Shown here: positions 1-9,791 of the stretch, piece by piece
Layout: the number at the start of each line of letters is the position of its first letter
Numbering within the stretch: the stretch's first letter is position 1
NCBI GenBank assembly: GCA_017610175.1
Contig: JAFCCO010000011.1
Coordinates: 1-46,281 of the forward strand
Direction: 5' to 3'
DNA: 46,281 bases
From: Candidatus Iainarchaeum sp.
GTDB lineage: Archaea > Iainarchaeota > Iainarchaeia > Iainarchaeales > GCA-2688035
The notes under the pieces: generated by a model
The model's input: only the letters and a program-made list of their open reading frames with translations
Database searches by the model: none
Told to the model about the DNA's origin: nothing
Program-made: the position numbers and the translations under genes

Positions 1-1
1 T

Positions 2-3000
2 TCGGGAAAAACACTTATTGCAGAGCTTCTTGCCCTAAACAGCATTGTGAACAGGGGCAGAAAGGTTGTTTTCACCTGCCCGCTTAAGGCGCTTGCTTCA
101 GAGCATTTTGAGGGGTTCAAAAAAAAGTACTCAAAAGAGCTTAAAGTGAGGGCTGCGCTGAGCACAGGGGACATGGATTCAAGCAGCCGCTATCTGCAGG
201 ACTATGATTTGATTTTTTGCACCTACGAAAAGCTTGACTCCCTAATAAGGCACAGGGCGGACTGGCTTTCAACAGTTGGGCTTCTTGTGATTGACGAGGT
301 TCACGAGCTTGATTCAGGGAGAGGGGCGACACTGGAGGTCACAACCTGCAAGCTCAGGCAGTTGAACCCAAAAATGCAGGTGCTTGCCCTGTCGGCAACT
401 GTTCCAAATGCCGGGGAAATTTCAGGCTGGCTTGATGCCGAACTAGTTGAAAGTGACTACCGTCCGATTCCATTAAAGGAAGGGGTCTGCTTTAATCAGG
501 AAATTATGTATAATTCAAGTAAGTCTGAGACCATTGGGGGCGGGGCCCCTGTTGAAGCACTTGTTTCGGACACCCTTGGGGAAAAGAAAAAGCAGGCACT
601 TGTGTTTGCAAACACGAGAAGAAATGCCGAGGGAATGGCAAAGCGTTTGTCGGAAATTTCAGAAAAGGCACTGACTGCAGGGGAGAAGACTTCCCTTGCA
701 AAGGACGCCGGAAAGATTCTTCACGCACTTGAAGCCCCAACCGAGCAGTGCAGGAAGCTCGCGCTTTTTGTAGGCAAGGGTTCCGCTTTTCACCACGCCG
801 GCCTCATGCAGAAGCAGCGAACAATTGTTGAGAATGCGTTCAGGGAAAACCGCGTCAAGGTGATTTCGGCCACGCCAACGCTTTGTGTAGTTCCTGAAAC
901 AAGGTTGTGGCACGGTGTTGAGGATTTCCGTGTTGATTCCTTTAACTACAACCAGCGGCTTCTTGCGCTAAAGGCTAATAAGCTTGCCAGCATTAGGCCG
1001 CAAGCGATTGTTAAGAGGAAAAATAACAGGAGGATTGTAACTATTAAGGGCTGTTCTGGCTTTTCAATTAAATTAACCGAGAACCATCGGGTTTTAGTCA
1101 AAAGAAAGGGCCGAAAGCAACTGTTGGTTGCGGGAAAATGCAAAAAAGGGGATAAAATAGCGGTTGTGGGCAAATTGTGGAAAAAGCGTCCTGAAAAATT
1201 CAACATATCCCATTTTTCCACAAACCCGCCTGAACCGGAAGTACCCCTTACCGCGGATTTTTTCTATTTTATTGGGGCAATGCTTGGGGGTGGGCATTCC
1301 GGTGCCGAGATAAAAACAGGGAAACTCGTGCTTAAAGGGAGCCCTTGCCTGGTCGGGCATGACAAGGAAATATTTCAGGTTGCCAAAAGGGTGTGTGATT
1401 TTTATGGGATTCGGTATCGCGAAATAAAAAACCATTATGGGATACCGTCCTTGGTTTTATCCAAGGCAAAATGGGTCAGAACTTTACTGGTGCGCTGTGG
1501 GGTGCAAAAGGGTTCCAGCAAATTTATTGCACCGGAATTGATGCTCGGCAACAGTGCGCAAATAAAGGCATTGATCCAGGGCCTGTTTGATACAGATGGG
1601 TATGTCCAAAACGGAAGAGGCATAGGTTTCTCCAATATCTCGCTTAGTCTTATTAAGGGACTGCAACGCTTGTTGCTTTCCTTTGGTGTTGTTTCTAGGT
1701 TTAGAGAAAAGCCAGCAGGGGTAATGCAAATAACCCAAAAAAAGTATAGCACTAAAAAATGTTTTGAGTTGATTGTAAGCCAGAAGAAAGGCATACTTTC
1801 TTTCCATAAAAAAATTGGGTTTAGGGTAAAGCGTAAACAGGCTTCTTTGCTCTTGCTTGCAGATTCAATTTCTTCCAATTTGCATTACATTTCTTGCCCC
1901 ACCTGCAAATACAAGCTGTTTGGCGATTTGTTTTCCGGCAGAACCACACAGCAAAGAGATTGGGGTGAAAAGAAGCTTTCATTAATTAAGGTTTTGGGGC
2001 AAAATGGAAAATTAAACTCTTCAGAGCTAACAAAAAAGCTTGGATTCAGACCATACAAAAATGAACGCAGGTTGAATCACCATTTTGAATTAATTAACAG
2101 AGCCAGGGTTGGAAACAACAAGTTGTGGGAACTGAACGGGGTTGGAAAATACGTCTATCACCAACTGTTCGTAAAGGGGGTGAGTTTTGAAAAGGTAATT
2201 AAGCGGAAGGAATGCCCAATTTGCAGAAAAAAACTTTTAGTAAAGTTAAGGGGAGGCTGGAGAAAAAACGATTTTGAAGGCGATATTTTTTGGGATCTTG
2301 TTTCAGAGATTTCCACGAAAAGTGCGGTGTCCAGCCCATTTGTTTTTGACGTTGTTTTGCCTTCCAACGGCTCTAACGACCACCTGTTTGTTGCGGATGG
2401 ATTTATAATTCACAATTCAGCCGGAATAAATATGCCCGCCCACTCTGTGATAATTCCGTCACTCTACCGCTTTGGGGCGGCGGGGATGACGAGGATTCCT
2501 GTTCGAGAATTTAAGCAAATGCTGGGCCGCGCAGGCCGGCCAAAATATGATTCTGAGGGGCGGGGAATTGCGATTGCAAAAAGCGACTCCGACGCCGACG
2601 AAATAATGGAGCGCTATGTCAATGGGGAAATTGAGGAGGTAATGTCCAAGCTTGGGATTGAATCGGTTCTCAGAATGCATTTGCTTTCTCTAATCGCAAC
2701 AGGCTTTGTTTTTGACCTTGCAAGCATGGAGGAATTTTTCAAGTCAACACTTTACGCAAGGCAGTACGGCGACCTTGCTTCGCTCTTTGAAAAGGTTCAG
2801 GAAATTCTGGAGGAACTTGAGGCATGGGAGTTTATTGAGTCCGATGAGAAAAGAATTCTTGCAACCCCTGTGGGAAAAAGGGTAAGCGAGCTTTACTTGG
2901 ATCCGATGACAGCGCACGATTTAATTGAAGCTCTTTCATCCGAAAGAAAATTTTCACCGCTATCATACCTTTTCCTGTTTGCGCAGAGCACTGAATTTAC

Positions 3001-3523
3001 GCCATGGCTTTCGGTCCCAAAGAAAAAGGAGCCCGAGCTCTGGGAGGAAATGCAGCTTAATTCAAAGGAACTGCCGATTGATGTTGAGCGCGAAATGTAC
3101 CTTGACCTGAATCTTTTGCGCAAATTCAACAGCGCAATGCTTTTGCAGGACTGGGTTTCGGAAAAGAGCGAGCAGGACATAATGCTTGCATTCAACACGC
3201 AGCCCGGAATTGTTCACTCAAAGCTGAGAATCTGCGACTGGCTTTCATATGCTTCACTTGAGCTTGCAAAGCTTCTCAAGCTGGAGGAACACTTCGGGCC
3301 GCTTTCAAGGCTGAGGAAAAGAATGAAGTACGGTGTGAAAGAAGAGCTCGTGGTTCTCACAGAGGTTCGTGGAATTGGACGCGTTAGGGCAAGAAGACTG
3401 TGGAGGGCAAAGGTCAGAAGCATTGCTGAACTCAAAAATACAGACGAAAGGGACCTTGCCAGAATTCTTGGGGCAGGGGTTGCGGCAAAAATTAAGGAAG
3501 CAATCGGCCAAACAAAAAGGTAG
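2..3523 (+). CDS. hel308: Hel308/Ski2-like ATP-dependent DNA helicase (5'-truncated by window edge), intein-containing
   Basis: The frame is open from base 2 (SGKTLIAELL, Walker A). It also has DEVH, ALSAT, FHHAGL, ATPTL..SAGINMPA (motif V, split by the intein), QMLGRAGRP (motif VI) and a C-terminal HhH (VRGIGRVRARRL). The ORF-track start at 47 is an internal GTG. Confidence 0.93.
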   Translation, partial: SGKTLIAELLALNSIVNRGRKVVFTCPLKALASEHFEGFKKKYSKELKVRAALSTGDMDSSSRYLQDYDLIFCTYEKLDSLIRHRADWLSTVGLLVIDEVHELDSGRGATLEVTTCKLRQLNPKMQVLALSATVPNAGEISGWLDAELVESDYRPIPLKEGVCFNQEIMYNSSKSETIGGGAPVEALVSDTLGEKKKQALVFANTRRNAEGMAKRLSEISEKALTAGEKTSLAKDAGKILHALEAPTEQCRKLALFVGKGSAFHHAGLMQKQRTIVENAFRENRVKVISATPTLCVVPETRLWHGVEDFRVDSFNYNQRLLALKANKLASIRPQAIVKRKNNRRIVTIKGCSGFSIKLTENHRVLVKRKGRKQLLVAGKCKKGDKIAVVGKLWKKRPEKFNISHFSTNPPEPEVPLTADFFYFIGAMLGGGHSGAEIKTGKLVLKGSPCLVGHDKEIFQVAKRVCDFYGIRYREIKNHYGIPSLVLSKAKWVRTLLVRCGVQKGSSKFIAPELMLGNSAQIKALIQGLFDTDGYVQNGRGIGFSNISLSLIKGLQRLLLSFGVVSRFREKPAGVMQITQKKYSTKKCFELIVSQKKGILSFHKKIGFRVKRKQASLLLLADSISSNLHYISCPTCKYKLFGDLFSGRTTQQRDWGEKKLSLIKVLGQNGKLNSSELTKKLGFRPYKNERRLNHHFELINRARVGNNKLWELNGVGKYVYHQLFVKGVSFEKVIKRKECPICRKKLLVKLRGGWRKNDFEGDIFWDLVSEISTKSAVSSPFVFDVVLPSNGSNDHLFVADGFIIHNSAGINMPAHSVIIPSLYRFGAAGMTRIPVREFKQMLGRAGRPKYDSEGRGIAIAKSDSDADEIMERYVNGEIEEVMSKLGIESVLRMHLLSLIATGFVFDLASMEEFFKSTLYARQYGDLASLFEKVQEILEELEAWEFIESDEKRILATPVGKRVSELYLDPMTAHDLIEALSSERKFSPLSYLFLFAQSTEFTPWLSVPKKKEPELWEEMQLNSKELPIDVEREMYLDLNLLRKFNSAMLLQDWVSEKSEQDIMLAFNTQPGIVHSKLRICDWLSYASLELAKLLKLEEHFGPLSRLRKRMKYGVKEELVVLTEVRGIGRVRARRLWRAKVRSIAELKNTDERDLARILGAGVAAKIKEAIGQTKR
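884..2416 (+). mobile_element. Intein (511 aa) with LAGLIDADG homing endonuclease domain, inserted in helicase motif V
   Basis: It begins with Cys (ATPTL|CVVPET), has block B (LTENHRV) and ends FIIHN|S with Ser as the +1 extein residue. LAGLIDADG-like blocks are IGAMLGGG and IQGLFDTDG. Removing it restores ATPTLSAGINMPA. Confidence 0.95.
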
Positions 3524-3588
3524 CTTAAAGGAAAGCCTTATTAAGCAAAGACGCATTTTTTTATTCACATCAAAGGTGTGAATGAACA

Positions 3589-6500
3589 ATGGATGTTTTG
3601 GCCCAGCTTAAAAAAATATACTACCTGTTTGAGGGGGGATATTACAATATCCTTGACAAGGTAAACCAAAAGGTTCCAATCTACAAAGTGATTGACCCAA
3701 TCGACAAAGTCTTTCCATCCTTTATTCTCTTAATAATACTTATAGCATTTTCAGTGGTGCTTGCAGCAATTGCACTTACCCCACCCCAGGTTTTTTCCGC
3801 AACAATTCTTGTGTCTGATTCACAGGGGAATGCCCTTGAGGGGGTTCCTGTGCAAATTTCAATTCAGGGACAGCAAATTGCGCTTGAAACAGATTTTTGG
3901 GGTGAGGCAAAACTTAATCTCCCAACCGAGGAAGTTGAAGCTGAAGCGGTTATTGAATTTGAGGGATTCAGCAAAATAAGCGAAACAATTACTTTGCGCG
4001 CAAACGAACTTATTGAGTTCAAGCTAAGTGCGCCCAAAATACTGCTTGAGTCCACAGAGCACACAATTTACGTTGTAAGCCTGGAGTCTGGAAGGCGGCG
4101 CATAATAAGCAAGCCGGTGCAGCTTGAGTTCAGCTGTGACTCAGGCCTGCCTGGGCCAGCCCCACTTACAAGGCCAAGCGGGGAATTCAAGAACATCGCG
4201 TCTCCAAACGGATGCGGAACCCTTATAGTAAAGGCCTCGGCGGAGGGATTTGAGCCAAAGAACAGCATTTCAATAACAAGAAAAACAACCTACATTGAGC
4301 TTTCCCCAATTGTGACAACAACCGCAATCACAGTTCTTGTAAGGGACCACGAGGGGGAAGTGGTCTCAGGGGCAATTGTAAAGCTGTTTGATTCAGACAA
4401 CGCGGTTTCAGGGCAAAAAACAAGCGATGAAAGCGGAGTTGCCCTCTTTGAGGAAATTGAAGCAGGAACATATTCCGCAAGTGCAATTCACTCGGACGGG
4501 CGGTTTGCGGAAAAAACCGCAATCAGCGCAAGGGCGGGCTCCCCGAAAACCGTTTCAATCCAGTTGCCTGAATTGCTTGAAGGCAGCAAGGTTTCAATCA
4601 GGGCAATCAGCTCAGACACGGATTCGGCAATTGGTGGCGCAAAGGTTTTCCTCTACGCAAACAACAGGCTTATTGCACAGGAAAACACAGACCCTGACGG
4701 AATATTTGAAAAGCCAATGATGGATGACGCCGCAGACCTTATCGCGGTTATAAGCCACGACAACTTTGTGACCAAGATTGAGCCCGGAGTTTCAATAATT
4801 GAAATGGCAAGCACAAATTCACAGGATGTGAAGCTTGATCCCCTCACCGCAAGCAACAACTCAAAGGCAATTGTAAAGGTAACAGATTACGAAACAGAGG
4901 AGACGGTGGAGGAGGCAAGTGTTTTCCTCTACAACTCGGATTACCCTGAACTGATACTCAATTACCCCTACAATTTCACAAATGCAGACGGAAACCTTCT
5001 TTTCTCACAACTTCCTGCCGGAAGCTATTTTGCAAAGGCAAGGAAGGACAACACAGGGGGTCAGAGCGAAACCAGGGCCCTTGCGGCAGGCTCGCTTGTA
5101 GAGCTCCCAGTTGTTCTTGTGTTAACAGAGGGGAATCTTGAGGTAAATGTGGTTGACCCAAAGCGCGGCCCGCTTGAGGGGGCTGAAATAAAAATATTTG
5201 ATGCATTTACCGACGCGCCACTCCAAAGCGGCTTAACCGATGAGGACGGGACATTTGAATCAGAAAAACTCAAGTCCGACAAAGTGGTTTACCTAAAGGT
5301 TTCAAAGGCAAATTATATAACATTTGTTTCACCACCGATTCCAATCATCGCAAAGGACACTGTTGAATTCAATGTTGAACTTATTTACAGCCTTGACGTT
5401 ACCGAGGAAAAAAGCATTGAGATTGAATTTGCCGGATTCTTTGATGACGCGCAGGCAGAGGACAAGGCCTCAAAGCTTGAGGCCGGGCAAAGCTACTTCC
5501 TCAAATTTTACCTCACCCTGCCGCAGGACGCAAACTATGACATGCTTGTTAATCACCTGCGCGTAGGTCCTGAATCAGTAGCAGGGGTTTCATTTGAGGA
5601 CTATGTGATAAGGGTTGCAAACGATGCAACTTCCTCACATCGCTCTTCAACAGTTTTCAGCACATCATTCGATTCCGCAGACCCGTTTTCAAACCCGCAG
5701 ATTACAAGCCTTGCCGCAAAGCAGTCAAACACTTTGTGGGAGAATCCGGAATCCGAAACAAGATATATTTTTATAGTAAAGGCGGAGACAGAGCAGGGCC
5801 TGGAAGACGATACAGATGTTGAAATAAGGTATATGGCAAAAGTTTTGGTCAACGGAACGGAATTTGCAACTCCCGAGTTCCTCAAAGTGTTCAGGATTGG
5901 GGAAACAATTTGCGAGCCGGGAATCAACTGCCCGGCAGCGGTTTGGCGCATATTCCTGCAGGAGCCGGGAGCAGAACCAGAAATGCTCAGCAACTTCTCG
6001 CTTGAGGAAAGCGTGAAGCTCAGCCTGTATTCAAACTACTCAATTTCATACGTTCTGCACAACACAAGCGGCGCAGACTTGGTGGCAACGCTTGAGGTAC
6101 AGAACCACGATCCGTCAGGGGTAATTGCAATTCAGGGCGATTCAAACGCCGTTGTGTTTGAGGACATTCCAATCGAGGCCGATACGGTTGTGGACATTGG
6201 TTCGCCGTTTGAAATTGAAACAATGAGGGAGGCTGCCGTAACCGAACTGAGGCTGAGGCTTAAGGAAGGGAACCAGCTTCTTGACGAGCAAACACTGTAC
6301 TTCAAGGTTGAGGCCGACGCAAATCTTGCGATAAGCCTTTCACCAGGATACCTTGTTCCAAACGACGGAAGCCAGATTATTTCAGGGATAATCACAGAAC
6401 CGGTTGACGGAAACCCGATTGCAAACGCCTCAGTAAGCATTTACCTCCGCGGAACCGAGCTTTACGAAACAATAACAACCGATGCAAACGGTTTCTTCAG

Positions 6501-8064
6501 AAGCAGCAGAAACTTTAATCTCCCCGCAAACTCAAGCGTTACAGTGGTTGCCAATGCCCCGCGTTACAGGGATACCGAAGCATCAATTCCGGTAAAGAGA
6601 AGCGACTTCTTTGACCAAAGATATGGCTGCATTGAGGTGGAGATGGATCCTTCCGAAGGGGATTTCAAGGAATTCTATCTGGCACCAAACCAAACAGGCT
6701 CTTTTACAGTGCTCTCAAACAACTGCTCTGAAAATGTTGAAATAAGATTCAACACAAAGCTTGTGGCAAGCCCGGAAAGCTTTTCCTTGGAGCCAGGGCG
6801 TTCAAGGGCTGTTCAGTTCACCGCAGACAACCCTGAATTTGGGGAAGAGGTTTATCTCGGCCAGTACCCGATTTATGTGCAGGCAAAGTTTGAGTCAGAC
6901 GTGCGATTCCTTAACGCGCTTAAGGTGCTTGTTTACATTGCGGACGAAGAGGGAAGCTGCCTTGCAATTGACAAAACAAGCTTCAATTTGTTTGACCAGC
7001 CCAAGGACTCAGCCAATCTAACAAACAACTGTGCGGTCAGATTCAATGATGCATGGAGGCCTGAAATTGCACTCGACACATTCAAAGCGCTTATCTCAAG
7101 AACGGATTTTGAGATTCCAGAGGTTGCAGAGTTTGACTGGAGTGTTACCGCAAAAATCCAGTACATTGACGTCAATCGCGCAATAGTTGAAGAGCTTGAG
7201 CCCGGCTGGAGAACATTTTACGTTGACACAGACCGCGTTGCAACAGGCGGGGCCGGAGACTATGACAACACAGTAACCGTTGAAATTGGAAACAGAATTC
7301 AGAATGTTGAGCAATTCAAATTCGAGTTCTACCAGCAGGAACACGGGGTCTGTGCACTTGCAGACAACGTTGCATTTGTGAAAGCAAACACAGTAACAGT
7401 AAACACCCCTACAGGCCAGCAAACTCTAACTGTTCCATGCACTGAAACAGAGTGCACTTGGGACAATGCGGACATGTGCATTAACAATGCGGAAGAGGGA
7501 GACTGTTCGGCCGAAAGGCTGCTTCCAATTGGCGCGCCATGCAAGCACGGTGAATTCACGGTTGCACTCAACGCAGACCGAATTGACAGCATTGAAATCC
7601 CAATATTCAACAAGGACAACAACGCAGGGCTTGTGATACAGTTGTACGGAGACGTGGTTGACCGGGTTGTTATTGAGGCAGTGGATTTTAACACAGAGGA
7701 CCTTGTGCTCGGGGAAGGAACCTCGGCAATTGTTCCGGTGAAAAATCTTGGATACGTGCTTGGCACAATAGACTTTGATTTGGAGGAAATTTTGGGCGGA
7801 AAAATATGGCTGGTTTACGACGTGAACTTTGTTTCGGAATCAGAGTCAAACGAGATTGAAACATGGATTGTTGACGACACGGTTTACGCAAAGTACATTG
7901 GAAACACAATGGATGCAAACGCAAACGCCTTTGATGCAAACACAGGCATTGTTGACGCAAACGCAGTTTCAGAGATTCCGTTTGAAATCACAAACCTGCT
8001 GCTCAATTCAAGGCAGTACAATTTAATTGTAGTAGATGATTATGTTAGTGAGCTGAGATCATGA
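3589..8064 (+). CDS. Large membrane-anchored cell-surface protein with tandem beta-sandwich (carboxypeptidase-regulatory/Ig-like) repeats
   Basis: 1491 aa and acidic, with an N-terminal TM segment (ILLIILIAFSVVLAAIAL). Repeated modules of the form VxVxD..G.P.EGA.V....TD..G and a Cys-rich distal domain. Paralogous to 12685..19503. Confidence 0.75.
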   Translation: MDVLAQLKKIYYLFEGGYYNILDKVNQKVPIYKVIDPIDKVFPSFILLIILIAFSVVLAAIALTPPQVFSATILVSDSQGNALEGVPVQISIQGQQIALETDFWGEAKLNLPTEEVEAEAVIEFEGFSKISETITLRANELIEFKLSAPKILLESTEHTIYVVSLESGRRRIISKPVQLEFSCDSGLPGPAPLTRPSGEFKNIASPNGCGTLIVKASAEGFEPKNSISITRKTTYIELSPIVTTTAITVLVRDHEGEVVSGAIVKLFDSDNAVSGQKTSDESGVALFEEIEAGTYSASAIHSDGRFAEKTAISARAGSPKTVSIQLPELLEGSKVSIRAISSDTDSAIGGAKVFLYANNRLIAQENTDPDGIFEKPMMDDAADLIAVISHDNFVTKIEPGVSIIEMASTNSQDVKLDPLTASNNSKAIVKVTDYETEETVEEASVFLYNSDYPELILNYPYNFTNADGNLLFSQLPAGSYFAKARKDNTGGQSETRALAAGSLVELPVVLVLTEGNLEVNVVDPKRGPLEGAEIKIFDAFTDAPLQSGLTDEDGTFESEKLKSDKVVYLKVSKANYITFVSPPIPIIAKDTVEFNVELIYSLDVTEEKSIEIEFAGFFDDAQAEDKASKLEAGQSYFLKFYLTLPQDANYDMLVNHLRVGPESVAGVSFEDYVIRVANDATSSHRSSTVFSTSFDSADPFSNPQITSLAAKQSNTLWENPESETRYIFIVKAETEQGLEDDTDVEIRYMAKVLVNGTEFATPEFLKVFRIGETICEPGINCPAAVWRIFLQEPGAEPEMLSNFSLEESVKLSLYSNYSISYVLHNTSGADLVATLEVQNHDPSGVIAIQGDSNAVVFEDIPIEADTVVDIGSPFEIETMREAAVTELRLRLKEGNQLLDEQTLYFKVEADANLAISLSPGYLVPNDGSQIISGIITEPVDGNPIANASVSIYLRGTELYETITTDANGFFRSSRNFNLPANSSVTVVANAPRYRDTEASIPVKRSDFFDQRYGCIEVEMDPSEGDFKEFYLAPNQTGSFTVLSNNCSENVEIRFNTKLVASPESFSLEPGRSRAVQFTADNPEFGEEVYLGQYPIYVQAKFESDVRFLNALKVLVYIADEEGSCLAIDKTSFNLFDQPKDSANLTNNCAVRFNDAWRPEIALDTFKALISRTDFEIPEVAEFDWSVTAKIQYIDVNRAIVEELEPGWRTFYVDTDRVATGGAGDYDNTVTVEIGNRIQNVEQFKFEFYQQEHGVCALADNVAFVKANTVTVNTPTGQQTLTVPCTETECTWDNADMCINNAEEGDCSAERLLPIGAPCKHGEFTVALNADRIDSIEIPIFNKDNNAGLVIQLYGDVVDRVVIEAVDFNTEDLVLGEGTSAIVPVKNLGYVLGTIDFDLEEILGGKIWLVYDVNFVSESESNEIETWIVDDTVYAKYIGNTMDANANAFDANTGIVDANAVSEIPFEITNLLLNSRQYNLIVVDDYVSELRS
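7912..7965 (+). repeat. Low-complexity D-A-N peptide repeat (DANANAFDANTGIVDANA)
   Basis: Repeated GAYGCAAAC codon units near the C-terminus of the 1491-aa protein. Confidence 0.7.
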
Positions 8065-9791
8065 ACGGGAAAATAATTGCATTGGTTGCATTGCTTTTCA
8101 TGGCAAGCCTTGTTCAGGCAGAAAGCCTTTTTTACACAGGGGACATGGCAATAAAGCTCAACAAGGAAGTCTTCCTTCCAGGTGACGAGCTAAAGGCAAC
8201 AATTACGCTTTCAAACGTTGAATCAATTCCGATTGCCGATGCATATATAGTAGTTGACCTTGTTGCAGGAAAGGATTATTATTACCCGTCACAAACAAGC
8301 GATGCGGACAACATTTTTGCAGAGAAAAAAATAACCGGAATAAACATTGAGGGCGGCGGAAAGGTTTCAAAAGAATTCACTTACACTCTTCCCGCGAATC
8401 TTGCGGGCGGAGATTACAGAATTGATGCATATGCAAAAACAGGAAGAACACACATAATTGGAGTCCCACACATCTTTGCATCCCCTGAAATGAAACAATT
8501 CAGGGTGCGCTCAGGCGAATCCAACGAGTTTCCGCAGGCAAACATTGTGAGAACCAAAACAAAGTTCCACGAATTCCTTGGACCAATTGGTCCGGGAATT
8601 GACCCAGGCGCTAACATTGAAAACGAAGTGTTTGTAAAGAACACATCTTCTCGCGAACTCAAAAACCTTTCACTCTTTGTTGGGTTGTGCGAGTGGGACG
8701 ACACCTACTGCGAAAGCTTTGAAAGCGAGGACACAAAAACAATTGCATCCCTCAAGGCAGGAGAGGAAAAGGCAGTAAGCGTTTCACTTAAAGCAGGAGC
8801 AATACCGGATGCTTATGCAATAAGGCTTGAATTGCGCAACAGTGAAGGGGAACTGCTTTCATTTTACAGAAACAGAAGCGTGGTTTACGGGGAGACCGCA
8901 AAAATCCACAAGCTCAATGTAAACGACTACATGTTCAAGCAGGACGACACTGTAAAGATTTCAGTTCTTGTGGGTGCAAGCCCTGACCACTACCGATGGC
9001 CAACGTTTGAAAATTTCACGCTCAAGGCATGGGTTGAAGACCTTGAATCCGGAGCGGTTGTTGGAAGCGGCGAAAGGGTTCTTAAATCAATTTACGGAGC
9101 AGAGCAGCTTAAAGTGAATTTTGAATTCCCAACAAGTAATGCCCTGAACCTATTCAAAGTATGTGCCTCAATCGAAAAGCAGAACGTTGAGCACGAAAAC
9201 TACTGTTACACGGTTGATGCCTCACTTTTTCCCCCAAAGAAAGAGGGAAGCGAGCTTGAGGCAGTGTGGACTTATGATTACACTGAGAGAAAGCTTGACA
9301 TCACGTTCTCAAACAAGGAATCCGGAATCCAAAACATTGACGCCGCATTTTTGCTAATGAATCTCTCCCGAAACGGGCTTGCAGGCCAAGGGGTTTTGCA
9401 GGGCACCACCCCAATTGCTGCTTCGGTAAAAACAGAGCCAAGCAATTTCCTGCTTATAGTAAACAACTTTGCAATCGGAAAACAGCAGAAGTTTGACATA
9501 GTGCTTGACTCAAGTGCAATTGCAACTTCCCCCAAAAACTGCGCAGAGCTTGGCGGGACAATTTGTACAGCAAGCAAGCTTTGTGAAAATCCGCTAAGGC
9601 AGGAAGAGGAAGGAATTTGCTGCGCAAGCAAGTGCATTGAACCAATTGAAACAAAGGCTCTTCCAACCCTGCCAAAAGACCTTTCAGACATTCTATTAAT
9701 TATGGGTGCTGTGCTTGTAATCATAATACTGGTTTACAATGTTTACAGGAAAAAGACAAAGGAGCCCAGCCTCGGTGATTTCAATGCATAA
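8061..9791 (+). CDS. Secreted/surface protein with Ig-like (CARDB-like) domains, Cys-rich module and C-terminal TM anchor
   Basis: Signal peptide MNGKIIALVALLFMASLVQA, ATGA overlap with the upstream gene, Cys module CAELGGTICxxxxxC..CCxxxC, and a C-terminal TM followed by YRKKTK. Confidence 0.7.
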   Translation: MNGKIIALVALLFMASLVQAESLFYTGDMAIKLNKEVFLPGDELKATITLSNVESIPIADAYIVVDLVAGKDYYYPSQTSDADNIFAEKKITGINIEGGGKVSKEFTYTLPANLAGGDYRIDAYAKTGRTHIIGVPHIFASPEMKQFRVRSGESNEFPQANIVRTKTKFHEFLGPIGPGIDPGANIENEVFVKNTSSRELKNLSLFVGLCEWDDTYCESFESEDTKTIASLKAGEEKAVSVSLKAGAIPDAYAIRLELRNSEGELLSFYRNRSVVYGETAKIHKLNVNDYMFKQDDTVKISVLVGASPDHYRWPTFENFTLKAWVEDLESGAVVGSGERVLKSIYGAEQLKVNFEFPTSNALNLFKVCASIEKQNVEHENYCYTVDASLFPPKKEGSELEAVWTYDYTERKLDITFSNKESGIQNIDAAFLLMNLSRNGLAGQGVLQGTTPIAASVKTEPSNFLLIVNNFAIGKQQKFDIVLDSSAIATSPKNCAELGGTICTASKLCENPLRQEEEGICCASKCIEPIETKALPTLPKDLSDILLIMGAVLVIIILVYNVYRKKTKEPSLGDFNA

